Counted from the stretch's first letter, positions 26,841-37,842 are shown. The stretch: 64,000 bases of DNA from Scyliorhinus canicula (GCF_902713615.1 NC_052146.1:130737875-130801874); one strand, 5' to 3'. The notes: a model not told the origin generated them from the letters alone. Translations and numbers: made by a program.

Positions 26841-28099
26841 TACATTGCGTTCTACATCTGGGCAAACTCCTTTCATAACCAGAGCCCCATTGTCTAAGTG
26901 ATTGTGTCTAATGGGTTGTCTCCATCCAGGTGAATGTCTGAATGCTTTGCATAGGAGATGGCTCCCATTTATGCTCCTTGAAGGTAATTATTCCTGGTGA
27001 AGCTTTGCAGTCAAGTGTTCTCCATTACAATGGCTTTTGATTGTAGTAGGTACAGTGATGCAAAGATGCCATCTTTGACTGACTCAACGAATTGGAATGT
27101 GGCCCCGAACTTTCCGGCAATTTATGCCGGTGGGATCTTCCAGTCCTGCCAATGGTGCACTCCCGCCATGGGTTTCCCAGTGGCAAGGGGTGCAATCAAT
27201 GGGAAGCCCCATTGACATTGCCAGACCAGATGTCCCCAATGCCGGCCAATGACGAGCTGCCTCCGTTGCCACAAAACACATGCTGGGTTGCACCGAAAAT
27301 CCCACCCATGGTTTTTTAAACATCAATTAGTGGCTGTTAGCCAGTGAATTCATTAAGTCTGTTATATTTTTTATAAAGCATGGCTTCATAGCAGTAGCCA
27401 GCAATTATAACACACTTTAAGAAAATTATTGGACAATGAAGAGGGTGTGAAGCCTAAGAAATGAGGCAATAGTATCTACCAGACAACAATGATTTCAATG
27501 CTACTTTTAACTGATGTTAATTAATTATTGCTTATCTGTGAACTCTGATCACCCATCTAAGAGAAGCATGTTATGGTAGTGGGCATCTACAGCTCAGAGA
27601 TGATATTGGCATATAAATGTAAATGTAAATGATCTTTATTGTCACAAGTAGGCTTGCAATGAAGTTACTGTGAAAAGCCTGGATATTTTCTATCTTTATT
27701 AATTAATAGGGAGCAGCATTGATGCCAGCTGTAAAAAGAATGAATTTGGATTTCTTGCTGATCTTATCGGCATGACAGCAGCACCTAAGGCACTTGGTCA
27801 GAGGTGTGCCACCCAGAATGCTGGATAGGTGCTCATAAGAGTGGGTGGTGCACTGCAAGTATTGATTCATGCGCGCATCATTATCATTTTAAAGTTAGTG
27901 TCCAGTGCAGATTGCTTCCATTGTATTTCATGCTGCATGATCTTGTAATATGGGAGGATCAATCCTTATGCCTATTTGGGCAGGAAGAAGTGGAAGAGTA
28001 GTAAGAGGAGGGTGGATAGGGACAGTATTGAACACCCGCCCTCTTGGGTGTTTGAATGTTGCCTTCTGCCTCTGTGGTATTGAAGCCTCAGGTGTTCAG

Positions 28100-28848
28100 G
28101 CAGAGTGTCCAGGCCTTACGGTCTGGTTGGCATACGGGGCAGTAACTCTCACCAGCGAATGGCACATGCACCCAAGGAATCTACTTGGGGGCTGTAACGT
28201 TCTCAGATTACTACAGTTGCCAATTCCCTATTAGCAATGGCCTTCAGCTGTGCGCCCAGAGGCCATCAGGTCATGGTGGTTGGGAGGACAGATAGGCAGT
28301 ACCCGGAGCTGCCCCCGTTATAGGTACAGACAATCGAGGGGGTGGTGTGGCATGCCCACGGGCCCTGGAGCACCAATCCCCAAGCCCAGGACATTCCCCC
28401 CCCCCACCAATGGCGGTCCACCGCCCTGACAGAGGTCGTTTCCCCCAACCCCCGAGCATTGGGCCAGCAACCCAAGTGCCCCGGGCTGATTGCCCAACTT
28501 CGAAGATGGCTACTCACCTCCTTGGATCCCCACAGCATCTATTCCACCAGTTCACATTTTTAAAAATGTCGACTAATTGGCACCCACCTGCCCACTTGCT
28601 AGGGAGGCGGTTAGATCATAGGAGGCCGTTAGATAGAGGATAATTTCCGTTAATGGTATGAAGATTGGTTTGGTGATTATTGGTTTCCTGCTACACCATG
28701 GCGGGATCCTGATTTCGCCAACGGGAGCGGGCTGGTTGGATTGCAAACCAATCGGTGTGCGGCGCGTTTCCTGATTTTGGCATCTCCCGTGATCTAACGG
28801 CCATGTTGCGCTCAAGCAAAAGCCCAACAAGGCCAGTAGATTGCGGCC
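28100..28848 (+). mobile_element. Harbinger terminal fragment
   Basis: Collinear similarity with 21760-22476 (ttgccaattccc..ttag.aat.gccttca; atggctactcacctc; gatttcgcc); ends agattgcggcc. Confidence 0.6.
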
Positions 28849-29180
28849 ATAGGTTGAGAGCTGAGAGGAGGACGAACTGCTTCTGCAGAGGCTGGTGAAT
28901 TTCTGGAACGTGCTGTCCTATAGTGCGGTGGGGTCTGATTCATTGAATGGTTTCAAGAAAGAGATCGATAGATCTCTGATAAAAAAAACAGGTTAAAGGA
29001 ATGTGGGGAACAGGCAGGGAAGTGGATTTGAGAGTCATGATCTGATTGAATAGGGGAGCAGGTCCGAAGAGCTGAATTGTCTGCTTCTGCTCCTGATTCC
29101 TGGACCCTGGGAATCTCGGAGGGTCAGAGAGACCTTGGTGTGCATGTTTATTGATTCTTTAAGGTAGCAGGACAGGTGGA

Positions 29181-29423
29181 TGTGGTGAGATAACCACTGT
29201 AGTTATGTGTACTGCAGTAGGGGGATGTATGCCTGTACCTGTAATACAGGTTCCTCCGGTCAGCCCCTGCTGGCTAGCTCCGCCCACAGGGAGCTTATGT
29301 ATAAATGTATGAGAGCTGCTCAGACCCTCAGTCTACTGTTGCGGATGGAGGGACAACATCGTACAGCAATAAAGCCTCTATTGTACTAGTCTCTCGGCTT
29401 TGAGTATAATTGTTAGCGCCACA
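29181..29423 (+). repeat. 5' LTR of family A (GC box, TATA-like TATAAA near 29300, AATAAA at 29368)
   Basis: Direct repeat of 33550-33792. Confidence 0.97.
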
Positions 29424-29440
29424 ATTTATTGCTGTACGAT
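29424..29440 (+). promoter_or_regulatory. Non-tRNA primer-binding-site position, complementary to LTR 29358-29373
   Basis: TTTATTGCTGTACGAT is the exact reverse complement of ATCGTACAGCAATAAA. Confidence 0.8.
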
Positions 29441-29452
29441 TTCCCAGTCACC

Positions 29453-32400
29453 ATGGACATCAGAGTCAAGCCTGACCGTCTGCAGCTGGATCCACATTCG
29501 CCTCACGCCAGAAAAGACTTTGATCACTGGCTCGCAGTCTTCGAGGCCTACATCTCTTCAGCAGACCCTCCCCCGACGGAGGCTCAGAAAAAGCAACTCC
29601 TGTACTCCAGACTTAGCTCCAGCGTCTTTCCACTCATTCGAGATGCGACAGACTACACCGCAGCTATGGAACTGCTCAAGGAGAACTATGCACCATCGGC
29701 GAACACCCTGTTTGCGAGGCATCAACTTTCTACTCGCGTCCAGCAGCCGGGTGAGTCGATTGAGGACTTCTGGAGGGCCCTTATACCTCTGGTACGAGAC
29801 TGCGACTGCCGGGCCATCACAGCCACGGAACATTCTGATTTACTCATGCGCGATGCCTTCGTTACAGGCATTGCATCGGACCCCATCCGGCAACGACTGC
29901 TGGAAGGGGTTGCCCCCGACCTCGCGGCCGCAAAGGCCCTGGCGCTCTCCATGACGGCCGCCTCCCGTAGTGCGCACACTTACTCCGCTAGCCACTCGGC
30001 CCACCCGTCCTACCCCTCGTGGACCCCGCAAACGGCTCCCCAGGCCCATCCGTCCCACCCATCGTGGACCCCGCAAACGGCCCCCCCAGCAGCCGCCCCC
30101 GCGCACTATGCCTGCGCTGCCCGCCGCACCGCACCCCCTGGGGGTCCCCACTGTTACTTCTGCGGCCAACAGAAGCACCCTCGCCAACGCTGCCCGGCCC
30201 GCACAGCGACCTGCAAAGCTTGTGGCAAGAAAGGCCACTTTGCAGCGGTGTGTCAGTCCCGGACGGTCGCCGCTATCGCGCCGCCGGTCCCCACGCCTCA
30301 GCCGCTCCCTCAATGGGCCCCGCCGTCCGCTTCCCCCGACCCCACGTGCAATCAGTGGGCGCCGCCATCTTTTGCCGGCCCGCCACGTGCGCCCCATGGG
30401 CGCCGCCATCTTCATCCACCACAGCCATGTGCGTTTTATGGGCGCCGCCATTTTGTTCCGACCCCATAACGTGCGCTCCATGGACGCTGCCATTTTACCC
30501 ACAGGTACTGCGGATGCCGCCATCTCGTCTCCAGGGGCCGCCATCACGGGACACGGGTCGCTACCGCTCCTCGTCGGACTCATCTGACTCAACCGCCGAC
30601 CAACCACTGCTCGCCTCCGTTACGCTCGACCAGTCCCGTCCTCGCAACCTGGCACCCTCTTCCACATAGGTGCTGGTCAACGGCCATGTGACCTCCTGCC
30701 TCATCGACTCCGGGAGCACCGAGAGCTTCGTCCACCTGGACACGGTAAGGCGCTATTCCCTTGCGATCCATCCCGCCGACCGGCAGATCTCCCTTGCCTC
30801 CGGTTCCCACTCTGTCCCGATCCGGGATTTCTGCCTGGTTAAACTCACTGTACAGGGTGTGGAATTCGACCGTTTCCGTCTGTACATTCTCCCCGACCTC
30901 TGCACTTCACTCCTACTAGGCCTGGATTTCCAGTGCAATCTCCAGAGCCTCACCCTCAAATTCGGTGGACCCCTACCTCCCCTCACCGTTTGCGGCCTCG
31001 CGACCCTCAAGGTCGAGCCCCCCTCCCTCTTTGCCAATCTGACTGTGGATTGCAAGCCCGTTGCCACCAGGAGCAGACGGTACAGCACCCAGGACAAGGC
31101 CTTCATCAGGTCCGAAGTCCAGCGGCTGCTTCGGGAGGGTATCATCGAGGCCAGCAACAGCCCTTGGAGAGCCCAGGTGGTAGTGGTTAAGACCGGGGAG
31201 AAGCACAGGATGGTCGTGGACTACAGCCAGACCATCAACCGGTACACGCAGCTCGATGCGTACCCCCTCCCCCGCATTTCTGATATGGTCAATCAGATTG
31301 CACAGTACTGGGTCTTCTCTACTATTGACCTGAAATCCGCCTACCACCAGCTCCCCATCCGTAAATCGGACCGTCCCTACACTGCCTTTGAGGCGGACGG
31401 TCGTCTGTACCAATTTCTGAGGGTTCCCTTCGGCGTCACGAATGGGGATTGGTCTTTCAGCGAGAAATGGACCGAATGGTTGACCGGTACGAATTGCAGG
31501 CCACCTTCCCGTACCTCGACAATGTCACCATCTGCGGCCATGACCAGCAGGACCATGATGCCAACCTTTATAAATTCCTCCACACCGCATCTCTCCTTAA
31601 TCTCACGTACAACAAGGAGAAATGCGTGTTCCGCACAGACCGCTTAGCCATCCTCGGCTACGTAGTCCAAAACGGACTACTGGGGCCCGATCCCGACCGC
31701 ATGCTCCCCCTCATGGAGCTCCCAATTCCCCACTGCCCCAAGGCCCTCAAACGCTGCCTTGGGTTTTTCTCTTATTACGCCCAGTGGGTCCCGCAATACG
31801 CAGACAAGGCCCGGCCACTTATCCAGTCCACACATTTTCCCCTCTCGGCCGAGGCACAACAGGCCTTCGCCTGCATTCGATCTGACATAGCCAGGGCGGG
31901 GATGCACGCCGTAGACGAGACTCTGCCTTTCCAAGTAGAGAGCGACGCTTCAGATGTCGCCCTTGCCGCCACGCTGAATCAGGCCGGCAGACCCGTGGCA
32001 TTCTTTTCACGCACCCTCCACGCCTCCGAAATTCGGCATTCCTCTGTCGAAAAGGAAGCCCAGGCAATCGTTGAAGCGGTGCGGCACTGGAGGCATTACC
32101 TGGCCGGCAGGAGATTCACTCTCCTCACTGACCAACGGTCGGTAGCCTTCATGTTCAACAACACGCAGCGGGGCAAGATCAAGAATGACAAAATCTTGCG
32201 GTGGAGAATCGAGCTCTCCACCTTTAACTACGAGATCTTGTATCACCCCGGCAAGCTCAACGAGCCCCCAGACGCCCTCTCCCGAGGTACATGTGCCAGT
32301 GCACAAGTGAACCAGCTCCGTGCCTTGCACGACAGCCTTTGCCATCCGGGGGTCACCCGCTTGTACCATCTGATCAAAGCCCGCAATCTGCCCTACTCCG

Positions 32401-33437
32401 TCGAGGAAGTACGGACAGTCACCAGAGACTGCCAGATCTGTGCGGAGTGCAAGCCGCACTTCTACCTGCCAGATCGCGCGCGCCTGGTGAAAGTATCCCG
32501 CCCCTTTGAACGCCTCAGCGTGGACTTCAAAGGGCCCCTTCCCTCTACCGACCGCACCACCTACATCCTTAGTGTGGTCGATGAATTTTCTAGGTTCCCC
32601 TTTGCCATCCCATGCCCAGATATGACGTCTGCCACCGTCATCAAGGCCCTGGATTCCATTTTCGCCCTGTTCGGTTTCCCCGACTATATCCACAGTGACA
32701 GGGGATCCTCATTCATGAGCGATGAGCTGCGTCAGTTCCTGCTCAGCAGGGGTATCGCCTCCAGCAGGACGACCAGCTACAACCCCCGGGGAAACGGGCA
32801 GGTAGAGAGGGAGAACGGGACGGTATGGAGGGCCGTCCAGCTGGCCCTACGGTCCAGGAACCTCCCAGCCGCTCGCTGGCAGCAGGTCCTCCCTGACGCG
32901 CTCCATTCCATTCGGTCGCTACTGTGCACCGCAACTAACAGTACACCCCATGAACGTGTTTTTGCCTTCCCTAGGAAGTCCACATCCGGAGTGTCGCTCC
33001 CGACTTGGCTCACGACTCCGGGCCCAGTCCTTCTCCGTAGGCATGTACAGCACCACAAGGCGGATCCCCTGGTGGACAAAGTACGCCTTCTCCACGCCAA
33101 CCCTCAGTATGCCTACGTGGAGTTCCCCGACGGCCGCCAGGACACAGTCTCGCTCCTGGACCTGGCTCCCTCAGGTGCCGATCCCATGCCCACACCCCTT
33201 CCTGCGCCAACCCCAGCGCCCCCCTATTCGTCCCCATCAGGTCCATCCCTCATCCCCCTGCCCACCCTGGAGGACATGGAAGATTTCGGCTTGCTCTCGG
33301 AGTCATCCCGCCAGCAGCCAGCACCAACACCGCCAGCACCTGCACCATCGGGGCCATCACCGCCTGTGCCGACGTCACCACCACAGCTACGCCGCTCACA
33401 GCGGAACGTCCGACCACCGATTCGGCTCAACCTGTAA
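29453..33437 (+). pseudogene. gag-pol polyprotein with 3 lesions (frameshift ~30375, stop 30667-30669, frameshift ~31448)
   Basis: Two CX2CX4HX4C knuckles (CYFCGQQKHPRQRC, CKACGKKGHFAAVC), protease LIDSGS, RT IDLKSAYHQ..VPFG..YLDN, RNase H SDAS/EKEA/TDQ/DALSR, integrase HHCC and VDFKGP/HSDRG/GQVER; no chromodomain. Confidence 0.95.
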
Positions 33438-33549
33438 CCTGCTAACCGGATGGACTCTTGATTTTCCTTGTTGGACCCTCTTGTAAATAGCATCCTTTGT
33501 ATTAGAGTTACATGTCACCCCCGCCGGACTCATTTTTACAGGGGGTGAA

Positions 33550-33792
33550 TGTGGTGAGATAACCACTGTAGTTATGTGTACTGCAGTAGGGGGATGTATG
33601 CCTGTACCTGTAATACAGGTTCCTCCGGTCAGCCCCTGCCGGCTAGCTCCGCCCACAGGGAGCTTATGTATAAATGTATGAGAGCTGCTCAGACCCTCAG
33701 TCTACAGTTGCGGATGGAGGGACAACATCGTACAGCAATAAAGCCTCTATTGTACTAGTCTCTCGGCTTTGAGTATAATTGTTAGCGCCACA
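33550..33792 (+). repeat. 3' LTR of family A
   Basis: Direct repeat of 29181-29423. Confidence 0.97.
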
Positions 33793-34051
33793 GTGGATAA
33801 AGTGGTTAAGAAGGCATACTTTATTAGGCAAGGCATTGAATTTAAGAGCAAGGCATTGAATTTAAGAGCAGGGATGTTATGCTGGAGCTGTATAAAATGT
33901 TGGTCTGGCCATAGCTATGATATTTTCTGCAGTTCTGGAATCTACATTATAGGAGGGATGTGATAGCGCTGGAAAGGTAGCAGATGAGATTTTCCAGGAT
34001 GTTGCCTGGGCTGGAGAATTTTAGTTATGAAGTGAGATTGGATAGACTGGG

Positions 34052-35007
34052 CAGCTACAAAATGGAGGAATCTCTCATCTGTGATTTTGCGGCCAAATCC
34101 TGGATCGTGTGACAGCAGTGTACGTACCGGTCACGTGACCTTCTCTCTATCGCCACTTCTGGTGGGAAGACCTGCCATTTTTAAAAAGAAATTTGGTCCT
34201 GGGACAGCGCAGTGATGTCAGGAGGTGGCAACCTGCCCGGTGGGCACTGTGCTTGTGCACTGTCAGATCTGTCTGAGGGGGCATGCATGCGGATGATATT
34301 TCCTTTTTGTTTTAAACAGCACATGGAGTCCCATGAGTTTTATTTGTGAAGGCTATACACCATTATAGTGTCACGATTGCAGAGGTTTCAAATATTCACA
34401 CAGATTTCACATGCTGATCCTAAATTCCACTTGCCCTGCCCCAGAGGAGAACCACGCAGCATTTATTTTCTGTGATTATCGCTGGTGCCTTGTTCATGGA
34501 TCTCAGTTTGAAGGACAAACAAATTGCTGCAATCCCTGTATATGTAGCTGTCACATACTTCTTCCCCCCTGTGATGGTGTAGGCATTGAAGTACTTGCGG
34601 AAGCCAGTGAACTGGTGCTGACTGCCAGCATCGTGACCCGCCATTCTCACCCCTCACACAAACTTCACCCGTCGCTCTCCGTGTCCTTCACAGGCCCCGT
34701 GCTCCAACAGTCCCACCGCCAGAGGTACCGCCCTCGCCTCCTCCTATTGGTCAGCGGAACAACTGGCTCCGGATGTAACGTTAGGGAAGCTAATCACTCA
34801 GTGAATAACCTGGGTGCCGATCGGATGGAGGAAGGCAAAATGCTGCCGGTCCTGGCAGTCGCGGAGGGCATTCTCAGCCCAAAAGCCAGTCCTGGCCATT
34901 CGGCGCTTCTCCCGCGACCGGGAAGGACACAACCGATTTTTCCGCAACCCTCCCGACACCCGCCCGCGACCCACCCACCGGTCACGACACTGAGTTTGAA
35001 AACCCTG
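34052..35007 (-). mobile_element. Probable hAT-type non-autonomous DNA transposon remnant surrounding the ATP5MK copy
   Basis: Minus strand starts CAGGGTTTTCAAACT (hAT/Charlie-like terminus) followed by gggtcgcg repeats; matching opposite TIR not found. Confidence 0.4.
34299..34700 (-). pseudogene. ATP5MK: Processed copy of ATP synthase membrane subunit k (DAPIT/USMG5); coding part 34644-~34462
   Basis: MAGHDAGSQHQFTGFRKYFNAYTITGGKKYVTATYTGIAAICLSFKLRS resembles vertebrate DAPIT as I recall it (MAGPESDAQYQFTGIKKYFNSYTLTGRMNCVLATYG...YFKLRS); intronless, AATAAA at 34344-34339, decayed poly(A) 34299-34313; stop apparently lost by a 1-nt slip (GAAAATAAA). Confidence 0.85.
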
Positions 35008-35321
35008 AAATAGAGATTTGAAGAAAGGAGCTAACAACATATGTTCCACATTCTCCTCGAGGCCCTGATTGTTTAGGTTGTTTTCTCCTGCTTTTTGCAT
35101 TCCAGAATATGCTCCTAAGATTCTGAGGGAATTTTGGTGTTACGTTGCTTTTGTCAAAGTAAATCACCAATCATAACTGTAAATCGGATTGGGAAAATGT
35201 TGCCCCCCCCCTAAATGTTCATATAATCTCCAGGTTTATTTTGTTTTCAGTTTTTGTTCAGTAAGAATAGTCTTTGCCAATTTATGTCATGTCAGCTTCA
35301 AAACAAAATTTACGTGAAATC

Positions 35322-35725
35322 TGTCATAATATGCAAACATGCACATAATGATATACAGACAGGCAGCTAATTAACACCGAGAACAGGACATGGCCAATGA
35401 GCAGGCAGGACACTCAGGGGTGGTATCTCACTTTAAAAGGCACAAGGCATTCACACTCCGCCTCTTTCCACTGATGAACATCTACAGAGTGAGTCAGGGT
35501 GTATGTACAGTATCACACCTCCAGCACGTGGCTAAGAGCTAGTCTGGTTCAGTCGGACAGAGTAACCACACTTAGGTTAGCAGAGAGTCGAACTCATAGA
35601 GAGCTGTGCTAACTGTGCTACTAGTTCAATAAATCAGATTGAACTAACTTCAAGTTCTGGAGTATCTTTTGGTTAAAGCTGCATCCAGTTGCAGCCTGTG
35701 TTATCCCAGAGTACATAACACAACA
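35322..35725 (+). mobile_element. Solo LTR (different Gypsy family)
   Basis: TGTCATAA...ACACAACA, AATAAA near 35628, 5-bp TSD AAATC. Confidence 0.85.
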
Positions 35726-36250
35726 AAATCTACAGTGCAGATCTACAGCACTTATAAACTAATGACTGTCCGAAATGTTTCATGATAGTTCATTTCCCAG
35801 AATGCTTTTCTTTAATAACGATATTTTGCCTCGTGTAGAATCAAAATCCATATATATATATATTTATAAATTGTATTTACTGTTGTATTTTTGCAGAAGA
35901 ATTGTGGCATGGATCACTGAAAATCTACTGATCGGATTATAATAACACTTAAATTAGATCATACTAATTTGATCTGTTGAACATTAACTCTGTCTTTTGC
36001 TAATTGACAATATATTGGCCATACTCCAGTCCTGTGGCATACATCCAGAATCAGAACCCTAAAATGTACTTTCTAAGACCTTTGATACTTCTTCCCTCTT
36101 CAACTCCCTGAGGATCTGCAACGTTCCCCGTCAGATACTGGCACCTTTATCCTTCCTTACATTGCTCAACTTCTTTAATATTTAGCATTTTCCCCCCATA
36201 TTTGTTATTTCACTTTTAACCAGTTTGACAATAGTGTCCTTCCCCAGTAT

Positions 36251-36560
36251 GGCACGGTGGCACAATGGTTAACACTACTGCCTCACAGCACCAGGGGCCC
36301 AGGTTCAATTCCAACCTCGGTTGATTATCTGTGTGGAGTTTGCACTTCCTCCCCGTGCCTGCGTGGGTTTCCTCCAGGTGCTGCGGTTTCCTCCCACAGT
36401 CCAAAGATGTGCAGGCTAGATGGATTGGCCATGAAAAATTGTCCCTTAGCATCCAAAGGGTTAGGAGGGGCGATGGGATAGGGTGGGCTGTGGGATGATA
36501 TTTCCAAGGGTAAGTGCAGATTTGATGGGCCAATTGGCCTCCTTCTGAACTGTAGGGATC
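36251..36560 (+). mobile_element. HE1-type SINE
   Basis: ggcacggtggcacaatggttaacac head, V core, CR1-type tail. Confidence 0.85.
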
Positions 36561-37842
36561 CCCCATCCCCATCCTGGCATGTTTTTGGCACAGAGGCAAC
36601 TGCCTGGAAAATCCTACCCAAAGTTCTTGTTAAGTGTTTCCTATCTTAACCTCTCCTTTCTGCAAGATTCGTTTTGCAATTCTCCTTTCACTGACATATT
36701 TGGAGAATACATTACTCCAATAGGTTATGGCCTAGATGTGATGTTCTAACAGCCCAGAATGAAGAAGCACAGGACTTCTGTTATCCTTCGTTCATTTACT
36801 CACTCGGATGCAGATCACCATGACTCACTACTGGCGAGGGGTGTTTGACAGTAACATTCCAACATATGTGTCTCCATTGTTAGTCTAATTAAACCCTAAG
36901 AACCAACTACAAACACTGTTGATCATTTATTCCTTCTATAATGAGCACCAGCATGACCATGCTGGAGTACCTGCATGGTCGGCTTTAGGAGCCTGCTCCT
37001 CATGATAGAGTATTAGGAATGGGAGTAGGAAGAGCTGCCGGTGACAGAAGAGGAACAGGAAGCAGACAAGTGGACCATCTAACATAATTTCTTTATTTCA
37101 GGCCATTAAAAATCAGACCTCACCAGGTTGCATTGAGAAGATGGATCTTCTGAACTTGAGCACTTAGTTCTTTGATATCATTAGTGTCTGTAAATGCCTG
37201 GTGAGTTCTGGTAGTGACTATGTTTAGAGCCCATTCTTCATTTATGTGCAGTTGTGTGCGACTATTTTTACAAAACTGCAATTGACAATGAAAATGTGGT
37301 CCAGGGACCAGCTGCTGCAGTACTCCCAGTGACTGGGACTCCAAACCCAATTCAAGTATTTCACATGAATACCCAGATTGCTGCTATTGATTCCATAAGA
37401 TCATAAGAAATGGGCGCAGAGTTAGGCCTATTCAGCCCATTGAACCTTACCCACCATTTTATAAGATCATGGCTGATCTGATCTTGGCCTAAAATCCACT
37501 TTCTTGCCTATTCTCCTATAATCCTCGATTGGCGGGGTGTTTCTCGATGGCCACGGTGGCGAGATCATGGCCCGTACATAAAGGCACTGAGTGCTGAAAT
37601 GAGCTCCCACAGCATCTCGTCATTACTGGCTGTCTCGCCATCTTATTCACCAGTCTCGCGCATCAGCATCTTGCCGTTAACAAGGGCAATCTTCTTTTAA
37701 ACGCTCCCTCACCACTCAATCCCAGTCAACACACTAGTATGGGAGCGTGCAGACGTGCTCCTTACTCTGGGGATGCTGACCTGGTCAGGCTTCTCAATGC
37801 TGTCAGTGAGAGATGGGGCATCCTGAGGGGGTCAGTGGACCT

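Larger units (their letters stand above)
29181..33792 (+). mobile_element. Young full-length Gypsy (Mag-like) LTR retrotransposon, family A, 4612 bp
   Basis: 243-bp LTRs differing at 2 positions, TG...CA termini, 5-bp TSD GTGGA, PPT tttttacagggggtgaa, gag-PR-RT-RH-IN order. Confidence 0.98.
28870..34052 (+). mobile_element. Old CR1-type LINE fragments flanking Gypsy family A (28870-29180 and 33793-34052)
   Basis: gagaccttggtgtgcat...aaggtagcaggacaggtgga|taaagtggttaagaaggcata = RDLGV..LKVAGQVDKVVKKAY, as in the CR1 ORF at 59498-60136. Confidence 0.75.

Noticed and set aside
30356-30400. Gag frame change as a programmed ribosomal frameshift
   Set aside because: It coincides with one 41-bp unit in a 42-bp array, i.e. 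a 1-nt deletion; no conserved slippery site is seen in the other families
30667-30669. In-frame TAG just before the protease, as a possible programmed gag-pol readthrough
   Set aside because: Family B has a sense codon at the same place (TSTSVKIDG), so this is a copy-specific nonsense mutation
34411-35013. 200-aa + strand ORF
   Set aside because: Antisense to the ATP5MK copy and running through repeat sequence; no recognisable homology
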